Source of the DNA: Octopus bimaculoides
Lineage: Eukaryota
Length of the DNA stretch: 64,000 nucleotides
Assembly: GCF_001194135.2 (NCBI RefSeq)
Contig: NC_068984.1
Coordinates: forward strand, 72,888,852-72,952,851
Reading direction: 5' to 3'
Below, piece by piece: positions 41,061-54,945 of the stretch. Position 1 is the stretch's first letter. Each line of letters starts with the position of its first letter. The notes under the pieces are model-generated. The model searched no databases and was not told the origin of the DNA. It worked only from the letters and a program-made list of their open reading frames with translations. The position numbers were made by a program, and so were the translations under genes.

Positions 41061-41729
41061 ATGATAATGTTAATAATAATAATTATGATGGTAATGATGA
41101 TGATGATGATGATGATGTAAAAAAAGAAGGAAAAGAAATTTATATAATACTTATTTGCAAGAAGAGTTACTAATGACACAAAAAATACTTTCATAACTGG
41201 AAGCAACTAAAGCATTTCTACATACCTGTTGAATATTTATTATTCCGTCGGTTTATCAATAAAGATATAAGGAAAATTGTTACGTAGCGAACTGTTTAAA
41301 TATTTGATTGAGAGTATCTCATAAACAGTGTACAACAATAGAAAGAGTTTTATTTGTTATATAAAAGACGCAATATAACTGTAAATGATATTAATTCATA
41401 TATTCTCAAGTAGTATTTTGGGGGTAGAAACAGATGCAGACACTAGAGAATTTTATGTAACTGCCACATAAATTAGATGTAGATGTTTGATGACAAATAT
41501 TTTGTTCGTTAATGGAATGAATTGGAATATTAGATAAAAGATTAGAAAATGATGTATTCGTGATATTTAGCTCTTTACAAATAGATCTGATTAGTAGAGT
41601 TCTTAAAACCATTCGTTTACACACATACATACAATGATATATATTTTTACTCACGCACACATATGTATGTATATATATATGCATCAACACACATATTCCA
41701 CAACACACGTATCCTACCTACCTACGAAG

Positions 41730-42065
41730 TAGTATCGAAATGTTCCCGGACTGGTTATGCTTAATAAAAGATAACTTATTTACTTAAGTTTTCACATGAT
41801 TTCCTTCTAAATAGTCACCTTGCGCAGCAATACCGACCCCCAGCGTTCTTGTTAGTTTTGGAATCCGGCCTGAAATTCGTTTTCCGTAAACGAGCCGAGG
41901 ATCTCGATAGCGGTGTTAAAATGGCAACCCTTGAGCTGAGCTTTCATCTTGAGGAAGAGACGAAAGTTTGCAGGTACTACATCTGGCGAAGAAGGTGTGT
42001 GCGGGACCATGTTTATTTCGGCGTGAAACTCACGAGTGAGGAGGGCTCACTGACGGGCTGCATTT
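41730..42065 (-). mobile_element. Mariner 3' fragment
   Basis: Minus translation ..ENEFQAGFQN*QERWG..AAQGDYLEGNHVKT* followed by a TIR-like end. Confidence 0.7.
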
Positions 42066-42101
42066 CGTGTATGTATGTATGTATGTATGTACGTATATAT
42101 G

Positions 42102-42135
<34 letters not shown>

Positions 42136-44040
42136 TGTATGAATGTAAGTATTTATGTATGTCATTGTTCAGCTTTATTTCAAGAACAGGAGAATTAATC
42201 TCTCTCGGTTGAAACTGCTACACAGGTAATAAATTGACACAAGAATATTGAGCTGGCTTATTGCTTTATATNNNNNNNNNNNNNNNNNNNNNNNNNNNNN
42301 NNNNNNNNNNNNNNNNNNNNNNNNNNNNNNNNNNNNNNNNNNNNNNNNNNNNNNNNNNNNNNNNNNNNNNNNNNNNNNNNNNNNNNNNNNNNNNNNNNNN
42401 NNNNNNNNNNNNNNNNNNNNNNNNNNNNNNNNNNNNNNNNNNNNNNNNNTATATATATATATATATATATTGCATGAAGCCTCTGACTGGGATACGCAAG
42501 TGTATCTCAAAGCAAGACTCGTCTTTTAAAATGTTGACAGTTACAATGTTATGACCAGATAGGACTTGTTATGCAGGAATGCATAACTATCTTGTTGGCT
42601 GAACTCGTTGTGACCTGGGATGACCACGATTTGTCTAATTAGATTCCTGTCAAAGTATGGCATGCAACCTCATTCTCATTCAAAGCCAACTTGTCTATTT
42701 CAACATATCGCTTTGAAACGTAAAAAGTGAGGAAAACCCCAAGATTGCTGTGGCTGTTGACAACTAAATATTTGTGTTTGACTAGAGACTGCAGATAAAC
42801 TCTTCCAGCAGGCGAAGCTAATTAAGTCCTTCCTTCCACACTTAGGCAGAGCGTATAGACAAAGTGATAAAGCGCTCGTAATATTGAGATAACTGTTCAT
42901 GAACTATGCGATTGCTTTACCAACTATCATCGTACGCTAGCTACAGAATACGGAGTACCTATCAACAACACACGTTGCAGCAAAGCAGGTGACGCTAGAA
43001 ATAGCAAGCATATCCCTTTTATAAGGGTGAAATACACGCTTAAGGTAATGATATTAAAGAGATTATCCCAAAAGACATTATGCTCGATTAGGACTGACAC
43101 AGTGCTAATCAAAACAACTCTGTTACGATTGTTACATAATTGTACATAAGTTCTTCCTCTTACACTCCAACAACTTGGACAAAAAAGCCGTCACTAAAGC
43201 ACATATACAGGAAATAATATAGGAGAATGACGTAACGCACATTCAGATAAAAGAAAATCTAATTTTCTTAAAAGGATTATTTCATTAGTTTATTTGTTGG
43301 TGTGTGCATTGACTAGACATCCGTGCCCAGCTATGTGTGCTTTGGATACGTGCTTTGGATACGTGCTTTGGATAGTTTTATCATTTTTTTTTAAATGGCC
43401 TGTGCTAAATGTAAGCAATGCTATACATTGTAAATATTGGTAATACCCAGAGTGTGCTTAACTGTTTGTTCATCAGCGTGTCTTATATTTATTCTCACGG
43501 AATTATTACCGTTTCAGTCCCTTCATTACTAATTATCTCTAAAGTCAGCTCTCTATATTCGGTTAAAATGCTTCTTTTCTTTCTGAGATATATTATCATC
43601 ATTAGAAACTGGTACTTTGATAAAGAAAACATCAATGAGTACTCAAATACCAGAGGTAGAGTAATATGCTTTATTTATCTCTGCTGCTTTTAAATAAAGT
43701 NNNNNNNNNNNNNNNNNNNNNNNNNNNNNNNNNNNNNNNNNNNNNNNNNNNNNNNNNNNNNNNNNNNNNNNNNNNNNNNNNNNNNNNNNNNNNNNNNNNN
43801 NNNNNNNNNNNNNNNNNNNNNNNNNNNNNNNNNNNNNNNNNTATATATATATATGCGCGAGTGTGTGTGTGTACGGAAATATAAACATATATATGTATGC
43901 GTATATGTGCATATATATATATATGCATGTATATATATACATACACAGTCACGTTCATCTGTATATACAATACTCATATATACTTAAATGATATTTGCAT
44001 GAGACCTACATCGTCGATATACAGAAGGTTAATTAAGAAG

Positions 44041-44122
<82 letters not shown>

Positions 44123-44563
44123 CAGAGACAGAGCAGGGAAGAGAGAGAGTGACGGAAGTGTTGCACATATTTGATCAGATTCGTGCGTCTAAAATTCACT
44201 CCATCAAGATAGCAACGTATTTGCCAAGATGTTTGTTACTATAATATAACTAAATGTAATTAGAAACATCAGTACAAATCAGTTTTCTGATCCTTTAAAT
44301 GCATTTGTTTTGCTCCGCTAAATTTCTTTCTAAGTTTGAGATACAAGCTGTCATGAGAATCTGTTTTGTTCGTAGATAGGTGTAATAATTACGATGTCGG
44401 TGATATATCGAAAGCTCGTAAGATCAAGCAATAAACATATTTAGTCTATTCTGGTTCAACACAAATTTTCAGTGAAACAGTTTCAGTTTATGCCTTGCTT
44501 GAATCTTGTTAAAGTCATATACATAAATTCACACATACATACATACATACATACATACATACA

Positions 44564-44603
<40 letters not shown>

Positions 44604-44649
44604 CACATGGGCACACATACACACACATACACACACATATACATATCCA

Positions 44650-44805
44650 TAACTGGCACTCTGTCGGTTACGAAGACAAGGGTTCTAGTTGACTCAATCA
44701 ACGGAACAGTTTGCGCGTGAAATTAACGTGCAAGTGGCTGGGTATACTATAGGCACGTGTACCATTAATGTAATACGCAGGGAGATTCATCGTGCCACAG
44801 AATGC
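44650..44805 (+). repeat. Interspersed repeat fragment (probable SINE 3' part)
   Basis: ggcactctgtcggttacg..gaaattaacgtgcaagtggctg resembles an abundant octopus repeat as I recall it; single copy here. Confidence 0.4.
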
Positions 44806-45248
44806 AGCTAAATTTAAGAAAAGAACATTTCTTACAATGTTCTACTGTTTCTGCAGTTAAGATCATACGCTTTCATTTAAAATTGTTAATACATTCTGCG
44901 TTCATTAACATTATAAAATAATTAGCAAATACCAAGTAAGGAAGTCTTTAGAATGATCAGCTGACATAAAGATCGAAGCAAAATAAATGCAGACATATTT
45001 CAAATAATAATCGCAATAGGTTTCATTAATCGAAATTTAAATCATGCCGAGCAGCGGTAATCATTTCTGATGAATGCTTACCAAATTCAGATGGCATCAA
45101 AGGTGAAAAAAAAAAAGCAAACAGTGACAATAGATTGGTAGAAATTAGTATGTATTTGAGGTATAAAATACTTTGCTTTATTTACCGTCTCGTATTAACG
45201 ATCCAATTTGAAATATCGTCGATCTTGACTTTGTTACTTTGCCATTCA

Positions 45249-45525
45249 TATTAGAAGTTCTGTCCGAATTTTGAATTTTGAATAATCAAATGTTATATTT
45301 AATTGAAGTTTCATTATCAATGTACTTTCCCTGATTATCTATGACTTCCTTCCATCTATTTCCAAGCTTTTTAATCCCATTTGGTTTCAAAGCGAAGAAC
45401 TCTGAAATGTCCGTTTCTACCTCCTCCTGGCTTGCGAATGTTATGTCCCCCAAATGATTCTGTAAACTACGAAACAAATGGTAGTCTTAAGGAGTAAGGT
45501 CGGGAGAATAAGGTGGAAGAGGAAT
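45249..45525 (-). mobile_element. Mariner 3' fragment
   Basis: PPYSPDLTP*DYHLFRSLQNHL..RWKEVIDNQGKYI. Confidence 0.8.
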
Positions 45526-45821
45526 TTTCACTGAAAATCATTTCGCTTTCTTTCTCTCTCCCCCTTTTTCCCTTCCTTTTTTCCTTTTTCCTTCCTTTTC
45601 CTCCTTTCTTTGAGTTATATTTAGAATATACCCCTTCCAAACATTCATTTTTGGAGAGAATATTTTGATAAAGTGTAGTTCTGCATGAATATGCATTAGT
45701 ATAATATTTGCAAATTAACAATTTGAAAAATGAATGAATAAATAAAATAAAACGAATNNNNNNNNNNNNNNNNNNNNNNNNNNNNNNNNNNNNNNNNNNN
45801 NNATATACACACACACATATG

Positions 45822-46448
45822 CATATAGATAGGGTGATAAATTGAATATTAATTCAATTTAAAACCAAGTGGCCGAGCATATAAAAAAATCTGAAAATTC
45901 ATAAAAAATTGTATTACATGTGTACAAGAGATGACCACTAGGTGGACATCCAATATGCTAGAAAGAGGTCATCAGCGATCCAACCACAAAGAAAAATAAT
46001 GTTCTCCAGAAAAATTTCGCAAAACACCAGAACAGGACAAAATGAGAAATATAAAATAAAGAATTAGCTGTGTACTGCAGTTTCGAACATTAACATTTTA
46101 CTTACGTAACCACATCTGTGTTCTCGTCAGCACAGCCGTTCTAGAATCAATATAATTTACAGAACTTTACACGAATTGTCTTCATGAAATAAGACTTGCA
46201 TACAGTTCTACCGATTACACTGAGGTTATTTTTCAAAATGCCTCAGCACCATCGCGCCAAATTCCGGAAACAATTCTGCAGAGAATAATTCACTGCAGTA
46301 TATGTTGCCGGCTGGAGAACATAACTATTTAAATCCTTATTCATATAGATAGGGTGATAAATTAAATATTAAATCAATTTAAAACCAAGTGGCCTAGCAT
46401 ATAAAGAAATCTGAAAATACAGAAAAAATTGTATTGCACGTGTATAAG
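45822..46448 (-). mobile_element. Partially tandem 520-bp unit (family E) carrying a hammerhead ribozyme; retrozyme- or Penelope-terminus-like
   Basis: About 107-bp direct repeat at 45822-45928 and 46342-46448 (offset 520) bracketing the ribozyme. Confidence 0.75.
46067..46136 (-). ncRNA. Complete minimal type I hammerhead ribozyme
   Basis: GCUGUG-CUGACGA-GAACA-loop-UGUUC-GAAA, palindromic ACUGCAGU, GUA cleavage triplet, CACAGC; all core nucleotides and three stems satisfied. Confidence 0.88.
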
Positions 46449-46656
46449 GGATACTCATACATTTATACATATATACACATACATGTATATATATACAAAT
46501 ATACACATAGATACAGATATACACGTAAATCTAGAACATCCCAATGCTACACATATATATCTGAACATTTGCAGAGATGAACCACATTTCGAATACATAA
46601 TTCAAATTCTCCACTATTTTAGGGAGAATCCCTTGATGAAGTGTTTGTGAATGTTC

Positions 46657-46700
<44 letters not shown>

Positions 46701-46792
46701 NNNNNNNNNNNNNNNNNNNNNNNNNNNNNNNNNNNNNNNNNNNNNNNNNNNNNNNNNNNNNNNNNNNNNNNNNNNNNNNNNNNNNNNNNNNN

Positions 46793-46848
<56 letters not shown>

Positions 46849-46965
46849 TTGGGAACATGTTCATGCTTATACGTGTAAGTTCGATCACACCTCTTTCACT
46901 TCCATGATTTTGCGTTAGAGAACATTGCTATAACACTTACAAAATACACTATCGCTGCTTTTCTT

Positions 46966-48160
46966 TCAAACATTCAATTTAGGAGTGAATTCTTTGATGA
47001 AATGTAGTTCCATTGCTTTTTGGTATTGCGAATCATCCCGTGCACATTTGTAAAAGAGAAAAGATTTGAATTTTCCGTCGTTGCATGTTTCCAGATGCTT
47101 ACTCAATGGAATCTTGTGTAATTCTTCTTGTCGGATATGTTGCCTGTGGATTCTTGGACGTTGGAAGAGGGAATTATTTGTTTCGCCAATGTAATTTTCT
47201 TTGCAGTTTGGGCAGGTAATGCAGTATATGAGGTTTTGTGCTTTGCAGTTCATATCTGCATTTATTTTGAAAAGGGATCCGCTCTTGAAATTTACGTGGG
47301 AACCACTTTCCAAGTATTTGAAGTTGTTGATATTGTTGCATGTTCCACATTTCCTATTTCCATATTCTTTTACTAAGAGTACTGGTTCCTTCTCTGATTT
47401 GAATTTTGCCCTTATGAGGTGTTTTTTAAGCGTTTTGGTTGGCGTCTGCTATTCCGTAAGGTATTTTCCAATCAGAGTTTTCATTCTGGGGTTTTGTAGG
47501 AGTATAGATAAGTTCGATTTGTGTTTTCATTAACATTTTCCTTGTAGTTGGGTGATGTTCAGTTTCATCACCTTTTTAATTCCCTCATTAGTTAATCGGA
47601 AGATGTATTTCTGCATTGTGAGGAAGCCATTGAGTTCGTTCAGTCGGATTTCATGTATTTCAGTGTCAGTCACTATAGCAGAGATGCGTCTTGCCATGTT
47701 GTATGGGATGTTTCTGTTGATGTGTGATGAATGGCAAAAGTAGAAATTTAAATATTGGTGTGTGTCAGTTTTTTGGAAAATATGTCTGCTGTGACTGTGG
47801 AGTTCTGTATTTTTATGTGGATATCCAGGAATGGTAGATCATTGCAACTGGATTCTGTTGTGAATTTGATGGATGGGTGATGTGTGTTTAGTATATTGTT
47901 AAATATAGTTAGATCTTCATTTGATTTGTCCCAAAAGATGAAGCAATCATCAAGGAAGCGTTTCGACTTTTTAATGACATATTTCTTGTATTCTTCTTCA
48001 AAAGCTTTTTCTACTTCCTCAAAGTTTTTCTTCCAAGTATCCCATAACTAAGTTTGCCTATGAGGGCACAAACCGCGTACCCATAGCCATGCCCTTTTAT
48101 CTGTCGATATATTTTATTGTCGAATCTAAAGGTGTTTTCCTCTAGTACTAAACACATTTT
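46966..48160 (-). mobile_element. 5'-truncated Penelope-like retroelement (RT C-terminal half + GIY-YIG endonuclease), decayed
   Basis: YRQIK/GMAMGTRFVPS*ANLVMG, KRFLDDCFIFWD, LPFLDI, then ORF 46966-47313 NLIYCITCPNCKENYIGET..R..H..H..KLN. Confidence 0.92.
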
Positions 48161-50308
48161 TATTTAATTCTGTTTTAGCATTTAAGTACCGATATTTTGT
48201 ATTTCAATTTTATAGAAATGCACAGTATTACAGTAGAATAATGAAAAAAAATGTGGTATTAGAGATAACAATTAGTTGTCTAAATGAAATATTTCAAATT
48301 GTAATAGAAACGGTAACAAAAAAGCAACTTTTCCGACGTTCATATGTATTAATAAGATAATAAGATACATTTCTTTACGTCTTGAGAATTCAGCTTGGTT
48401 TTACATTTCATCTCAAATGCTGGGGTCAATTTGATTTTAGCACTTTTGCTACATTCATTGTCTTTTGACAATGTCCGAAACCAATTTGAATACAATTACA
48501 TTATAAAATTGTGCTGTAATATAATAAAATTACTAATAAATATTAAAAAAAAAAGAAATGATTTACAGGCTAATTTTAGGCAACTGTGTATATGCGATAA
48601 TTATTGAAATTATAAAAGTGATTACAGATGTTATGATGGTCGTTATAATTGAACTGAAATTATGGCTGCGAATTGGGATTTCCGTTCTCGCTTAAGAAAT
48701 ATTTTATTATCGATTTTCCTTGAGATTTGTGGAATTACAGAAACAGTGGAATGTCGACCTATATGAATTATATTACTAATAACCTGGATAATATGGAAAC
48801 GTACAGACAAAGGACATAACTGTGTTAAATGTCCACATGAGAAAAATTTCCTTTTCTGGCTTTGAATTTAGTGTCATTATTATTAATAAATATTCCTTCA
48901 TGTAACAGCCTCCCACACTTCTCTCTTTCAAACCACCAAGGTATCCATTTCGTACACATTTCCTGTACCTAAAACTATCGTTTGTAATGCATTGTGACCA
49001 CAGTTCAGTGGTGTAGGAAGCTCACAGATCTTCACTTCTCTGCCCGCGCAAATGAATTCGTCCGGTGACTGATGATTAATCATCAGTAGTCGATGTAGAT
49101 AGACTCCCGCTACGTGGTTTGTCTTAAATGCTAGTACCTTCTTCGTAAACCTGTTTATATATCTAAGCACTTGCTGTCATGCGTGGTGCACTTTCTCTAA
49201 AGAGTCTGTAGCAGGTTGTGGATGTGAGACAACCCGCATCTGTGTTCTGCTAAAATCTCACTGAGAGTACGTTGATTCTAGTTGGAACTCATTATATGCC
49301 TGCAGAAAAGAAGAGAAAGAAGTGCTGCTTTAAATGAAGAGAAAATCTACAAATGTATGCAACCTGAACAATCTATGTCATAAATACAAAAACATGTGCC
49401 AACATCTGCATTTCATACGGTGCATTCCTTGCTTTTGAGTAGGCCCTACTCTTTCTTAGTCCAGATTGAACAGATGTATGATTAAAAAGTTTCCATCTAT
49501 GACGATCCAAAAGTTTTGCATTTCAAGAAAAATTACAGTATAGAGATATGCTTGTTTTTTTCTTTTTCTTTTTTTTTTTTTTACATGGCCATCTAAATAA
49601 AGATATTCCCTTGTTGGCTTGTAAAAAAAACAGAACGATTTATATTCTAGTAAAGATTCAGTTTTTCAAAAGCAAACTCATTTAACTTGTGATTCTGTAA
49701 AAACAATGACGAAAAGCTATGATAAACCACCCATTCATTCGAGTGATGCAGCATATCCATGCATTCTGTCTCTGGCATTGCACGTTCTACATATTGATAG
49801 CTAAAATGCTATATCTCATTGTCTTTTGTGACATTAAATGGTGATCATAGACAGACACACACAAGCACAAAGACACAATCATATGCATGCGCATCCCCCA
49901 CGTACGCACACACATACACACGGACGCTAACCCCTTTATTCTGATTAAAAACTAAAAATCATGCAACAATGATGTATCAGTAATGTTATTAGCATTATGC
50001 GTAACTTTTAGATCAAATGACTCTTTCATATCGAAATGTTGATTTGTGCATCGCCAACTTTAATACATGTGCAATATAAAGAAATAAGACAATCTATAAC
50101 TAAATACACACACCGACATACTCATATAAATATAACACACACTCATAGCTGTATAGCCATGTACTAACTTAGGTACACTTGCATAGATACAAAAAGCAAA
50201 TACACGAATCAGTGTCATCATAGGAAAATATCATTGAGTAAAAAAAAAATTGAAGGCTGATAGCTTTCTGAGTAAAATATACAGAAAAATCACACACAAA
50301 TACACACG

Positions 50309-50385
<77 letters not shown>

Positions 50386-52394
50386 ACTCACACACACACA
50401 CATACACACTCACACATGCATATATATANNNNNNNNNNNNNNNNNNNNNNNNNNNNNNNNNNNNNNNNNNNNNNNNNNNNNNNNNNNNNNNNNNNNNNNN
50501 NNNNNNNNNNNNNNNNNNNNNNNNNNNNNNNNNNNNNNNNNNNNNNNNNNNNNNNNNNNNNNNNNNNNNNNNNNNNNNNNNNNNNNNNNNNNNNNNNNNN
50601 NNNNNNNNNNNNNNNNNNNNNNNNNNNNNNNNNNNNNNNNNNNNNNNNNNNNNNNNNNNNNNNNNNNNNNNNNNNNNNNNNNNNNNNNNNNNNNNNNNNN
50701 NNNNNNNNNNNNNNNNNNNNNNNNNNNNNNNNNNNNNNNNNNNNNNNNNNNNNNNNNNNACATATATATATATATACATATATATACACATATATATATA
50801 TATGTATGTACATATATATAAATATATATATACACACATATATATATGTATAAATATATATATATAGATAGATATATAATTCTGTGTGCATATATCTAAT
50901 CTAGCAACCCATATACATACATACATACATAAACACACACACACCTATAGATAGATAAATAGATAAATAGGTACACAGATGGATAGATGTAGATATAAAC
51001 ATAGGTGTGTAGATATAAACATAGATATGTACATTCATACAGGTGTAAATGTACATTGTATGTAATGAAATATACGATATATGCTTTTTGCTATAGTTAA
51101 CGGTAGGACGATTTCAAATTCAAATTCATATTTCTAACTTAGTGTAACTTCTAGTTTTGTCTATGACAGCAGTTACTTTGTAGTAAACTTCGCCGAGGAA
51201 AGCGAAACATTTAAAGAACGTCATTCTTAAACAATGTCATTCTTATATTTATCATGATTGGTGTCTGCTTTATTCCCCCTCCATCTTCTGCCTCGCCTCC
51301 TCTTTCTCATCATCATTGTGATTGTCATTGTAATTATCCTATTCATGGTCTTGATATTAGCGTCATCGTAATATTTATGATTACTGTCGTGATTATGTTT
51401 ATTCTAATCGTCATTCTTTTCCATTACATCTCTTACTTCCGTTGTCGCTCCTCTCCTCCTCTCTATCATCATTAACGTCATCATCATTACTATCATCGTC
51501 GTCGTCGTCGTCGTCGTCATCGTCGTCATCATCATTGTCGTAGTCCTCATCACCACCGTCATCATTCTCTCATTATAACCAACATCATTATTAACATGGT
51601 CATCGTTTTTGATAACCTCAAGTCCGTTAAACTAATCTCTTGCATGGAAAGCGCTTCTTGGATGGGACAATTAATCTTTGGCCAGTTTAAATCAACCATC
51701 TGGAACTTGATTCCATTTAACCATGTCTCATATATGAAAGAAATATGAACCTGTTGCCCACAACTCACCTGGCTCAGCGACATTGCAAGGGATCGAACTT
51801 GGTGAATATTCCTTTTAAGCTACCTTATTACATAAAAAGTCATCTTTTTTTTGGCCAAATGAACACGCACAATATATTAATGTTTCAGTTCAAATTTATT
51901 ATTATACTTATCTTAGAGTCCTTTGTCAGAAATCTTTCGTTGCTCATCCTGTGGCCACTTTAGCGACTCTCCATACCACGTGTCTCCTCCTATTCAATAC
52001 ACTAGGGGTAGAGAGTTGCTGAAGAGGTCACAGGGTGCGTAACGAAAGATTTAAGACAAAGACTCTAAAATAATAACAATAGAGTGTTGCACATGCTCTC
52101 CAAAAGTTTGATTGCATGCTGCTCTGCAATCATTTCCACATCTGACCCGTGGTACACTCGTGCAACTGTACAGGCAACATTGATTGTATAGACGATGTCA
52201 GCTAATGTAAATACAAAGATTTGATCATTATAAACAAAGCATCTGCGTGGTTGTTCATCAAGGAATTAAGGAACCTTCACGTGTCGTTTAACGAAGGAAG
52301 AGGCTGATATATATANNNNNNNNNNNNNNNNNNNNNNNNNNNNNNNNNNNNNNNNNNNNNNNNNNNNNNNNNNNNNNNNNNNNNNNNNNNNNNN

Positions 52395-52442
<48 letters not shown>

Positions 52443-53649
52443 TTGCAAATGGACGCGTGCGTTCGATGATATAATAAAACAAATGATATATAAGCATATG
52501 CATATACAAATATATATATAATGCCGGTGTCACAACCATGTTTTTTGAATACAGAATTTCCGATTGTTTTAAATATATATACCAGTGTGGTCTAAGCCAG
52601 AAATTAAATAAAATTCGTTATTTAAACTTATCTTTATTAGAAGTGAAATTAGAGTTTCATAAGAATGCTTTCATTGATTAGACAGATTTACAAACGATTA
52701 CTTTTAAATCAATTGGAAGCGAATTCTTTGATTGCCTTTTCTGATTTTATAATTTTTGCAAAATATAAGTTCTTTGAACATAGATCTTATACACACGCAC
52801 CCAACACTCTCATACTTCTCATTTTGTTCACATCATCCACTTTATTTCTTTGTCTATCGAACATACTACGTTCTTTCTCATAAATACGTTTTTGTTTAGT
52901 TTAGGTTTGCAGCATCATTAAATATTATTTATGAATGACATTTAAAACTTAAAACATTAAAAAGAAAAGATTTGAGAATTTATTTTGAATGGATTCAGGC
53001 TTCATTGGTATACGATAAGTGCAAAGTTTTAATCTCTCACCTAAATCAACTTCTTTGAGTCATATTCTATTTATTACTTAATTTTTATAGCAGTCTTCTC
53101 ATATAAACATCGATAAGATTTTTAAATCTCGAAATTCGAAAGATAAAATGTTTGTCCTCTAAGAGACTAATTCATTTACTCAAGATTAAAGAAAGAAAAC
53201 TTTGAATTCTTTAATAATTTAAATTTCAACGGTAAAATTTGCAAAGATTCATTGATGTGGAATGTAAATTGACGCGATCATCTTTATTTAGTACGAGCAA
53301 AAATACATATCTAGACAATTATTGCGTCAAAAAAGCGTTTCAAATAAATGATAACCGTTAACTGGACAAACAAAAATGTGAAAGAAACTACAAGAAATAT
53401 AAAAAAGTGGAGACACAGGAATTGTTAGGTGAAGTGAAGTTGTTAGATAAGTTGAATCATTTAACGATTCTGATCTTGAATAATAGTACGTATTATTTTA
53501 ACTGGAGAGCTGAATCATAGAAAACATATTACTAGCCTTTAAACCACCAAAATGCATCTTTATAGTAATTCGTAAAAACAATCGATATAATTATAATAAT
53601 ATGTACCAAAATGTATTTTTTAATTACATAGCTAGCAATCTCAGATACC

Positions 53650-54160
53650 CAACATTGCAAATGGAAACTTCGCCAGAAAGTCTGGTCCTCTTCTCTCGAG
53701 CTATAACAATACTTCGGTTCCCAATACTCACAAACTCTAGTGAGATCCTCCATAATACTGCTCCTGAATCATAATCGGTGCTGCTACTTCACAAATAGAC
53801 ATCCCTACTACATCCTCCATGAAGACTGTCCAACTGATTGTCATGAAATCGTGTTCGCACACATTCCAATCCAAAGAGCACACACAAGAATTTTCTCATA
53901 ATCTCCCTTTTCCACAAAGCCACGCATCTTCGTAGATGTCCATTAGATATTTCTTGCTTTACACGCCTCATCTCCGGTCAATGCGCACGTGTTCTCTCAT
54001 CACCATAGGGCACATACAAAGCCACCCCACCAAATAATTTGTCCCAATGATTTTCCCCAGAACATAATCTCTCTCAAATTCCCTCTGCACCCATGTTTTC
54101 CTTACAAACCTCAGTTTGCGACTGCCTGTGTTGGACATATATTGCGTCAATATCAATATT
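53650..54160 (-). mobile_element. Possible old LINE remnant (Tx1/L1-like)
   Basis: Coding-like composition with fragmented Trp/Cys-rich frames; no clean motif. Confidence 0.2.
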
Positions 54161-54394
54161 TACAGAGATTATCCTGGAAAGAGAAATCTAAGAAATCGAC
54201 AATTAAGAGTTTTCCCCACTGTTCTCAATTAATATCTTTTATAAAATACTAAACTATAACATCACATCATTAGAGCATTTCGGGTAACAGAATAGTAAAT
54301 ATTGTAATGGGTTAATACTTTTGCAATATTTTAAAACTTATTCACTATATTCGTTAAATTACAACAAATGCAGCCTAGCATTCAAAGTAGAAGA

Positions 54395-54560
54395 CCTCGT
54401 GTTCTACTGTCTGAAGCCACCATTCTGCTTAGTTCTTTGATCACACGCTGATACCAGTTCTTGTCCTTCGATGTGAAGAACTCCTTCGTTGAATCTTCCA
54501 CATGTTCTTGCTAGATGGAAATGTTACTGAGCCATGGATCGGAACAAGTAATAATTCGAA
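54395..54560 (-). mobile_element. Mariner 3' fragment
   Basis: PSNYYLFRSM followed by frameshifted EFFTSKDKNWYQRVIKEL. Confidence 0.7.
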
Positions 54561-54639
54561 GGAAATGTTTACCCGCAATCCTAAAGCACACGAGCAGGGA
54601 CTAAACAATGACTAGCTTCTGGAACCTGTGGGCAAACAT

Positions 54640-54945
54640 GGTGATGTTCTGAGTCGAGTGGAATTATGAGGGGATAATGCCCAATGAGTTTGGTCCGGAC
54701 GTTCAAACTATCGGTATCAATTGTGATCCGAAAAGCTGGAGCAGATATAGGTTATTGTGCGGTAAAAATATCCGGGATTGGTTAACAGAAAGCGAGCTCT
54801 TCTGCAGCTCGACAACGCTACACCTTTTACTGCTCGAATGACAAGAATAAATTCAAGTAAGTTGAGGGAATCAAACGGATGCCACACCCGCTTATAGTTC
54901 AGATGTAGGTTCCTCGGATTATAATTTGTCTCGATCCATGCCTCG
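54640..54945 (+). mobile_element. Mariner central fragment
   Basis: ..KYPGLVNRKRALLQLDNATPFTAR..MPHP.YSSDVGSSDYNLSRSM. Confidence 0.8.

Noticed and set aside
43337-43374. 13-bp unit x3 (gtgctttggatac); similar 28-bp-period pair at 59761-59806
   Set aside because: Ordinary slippage minisatellites with no spacers; not CRISPR-like
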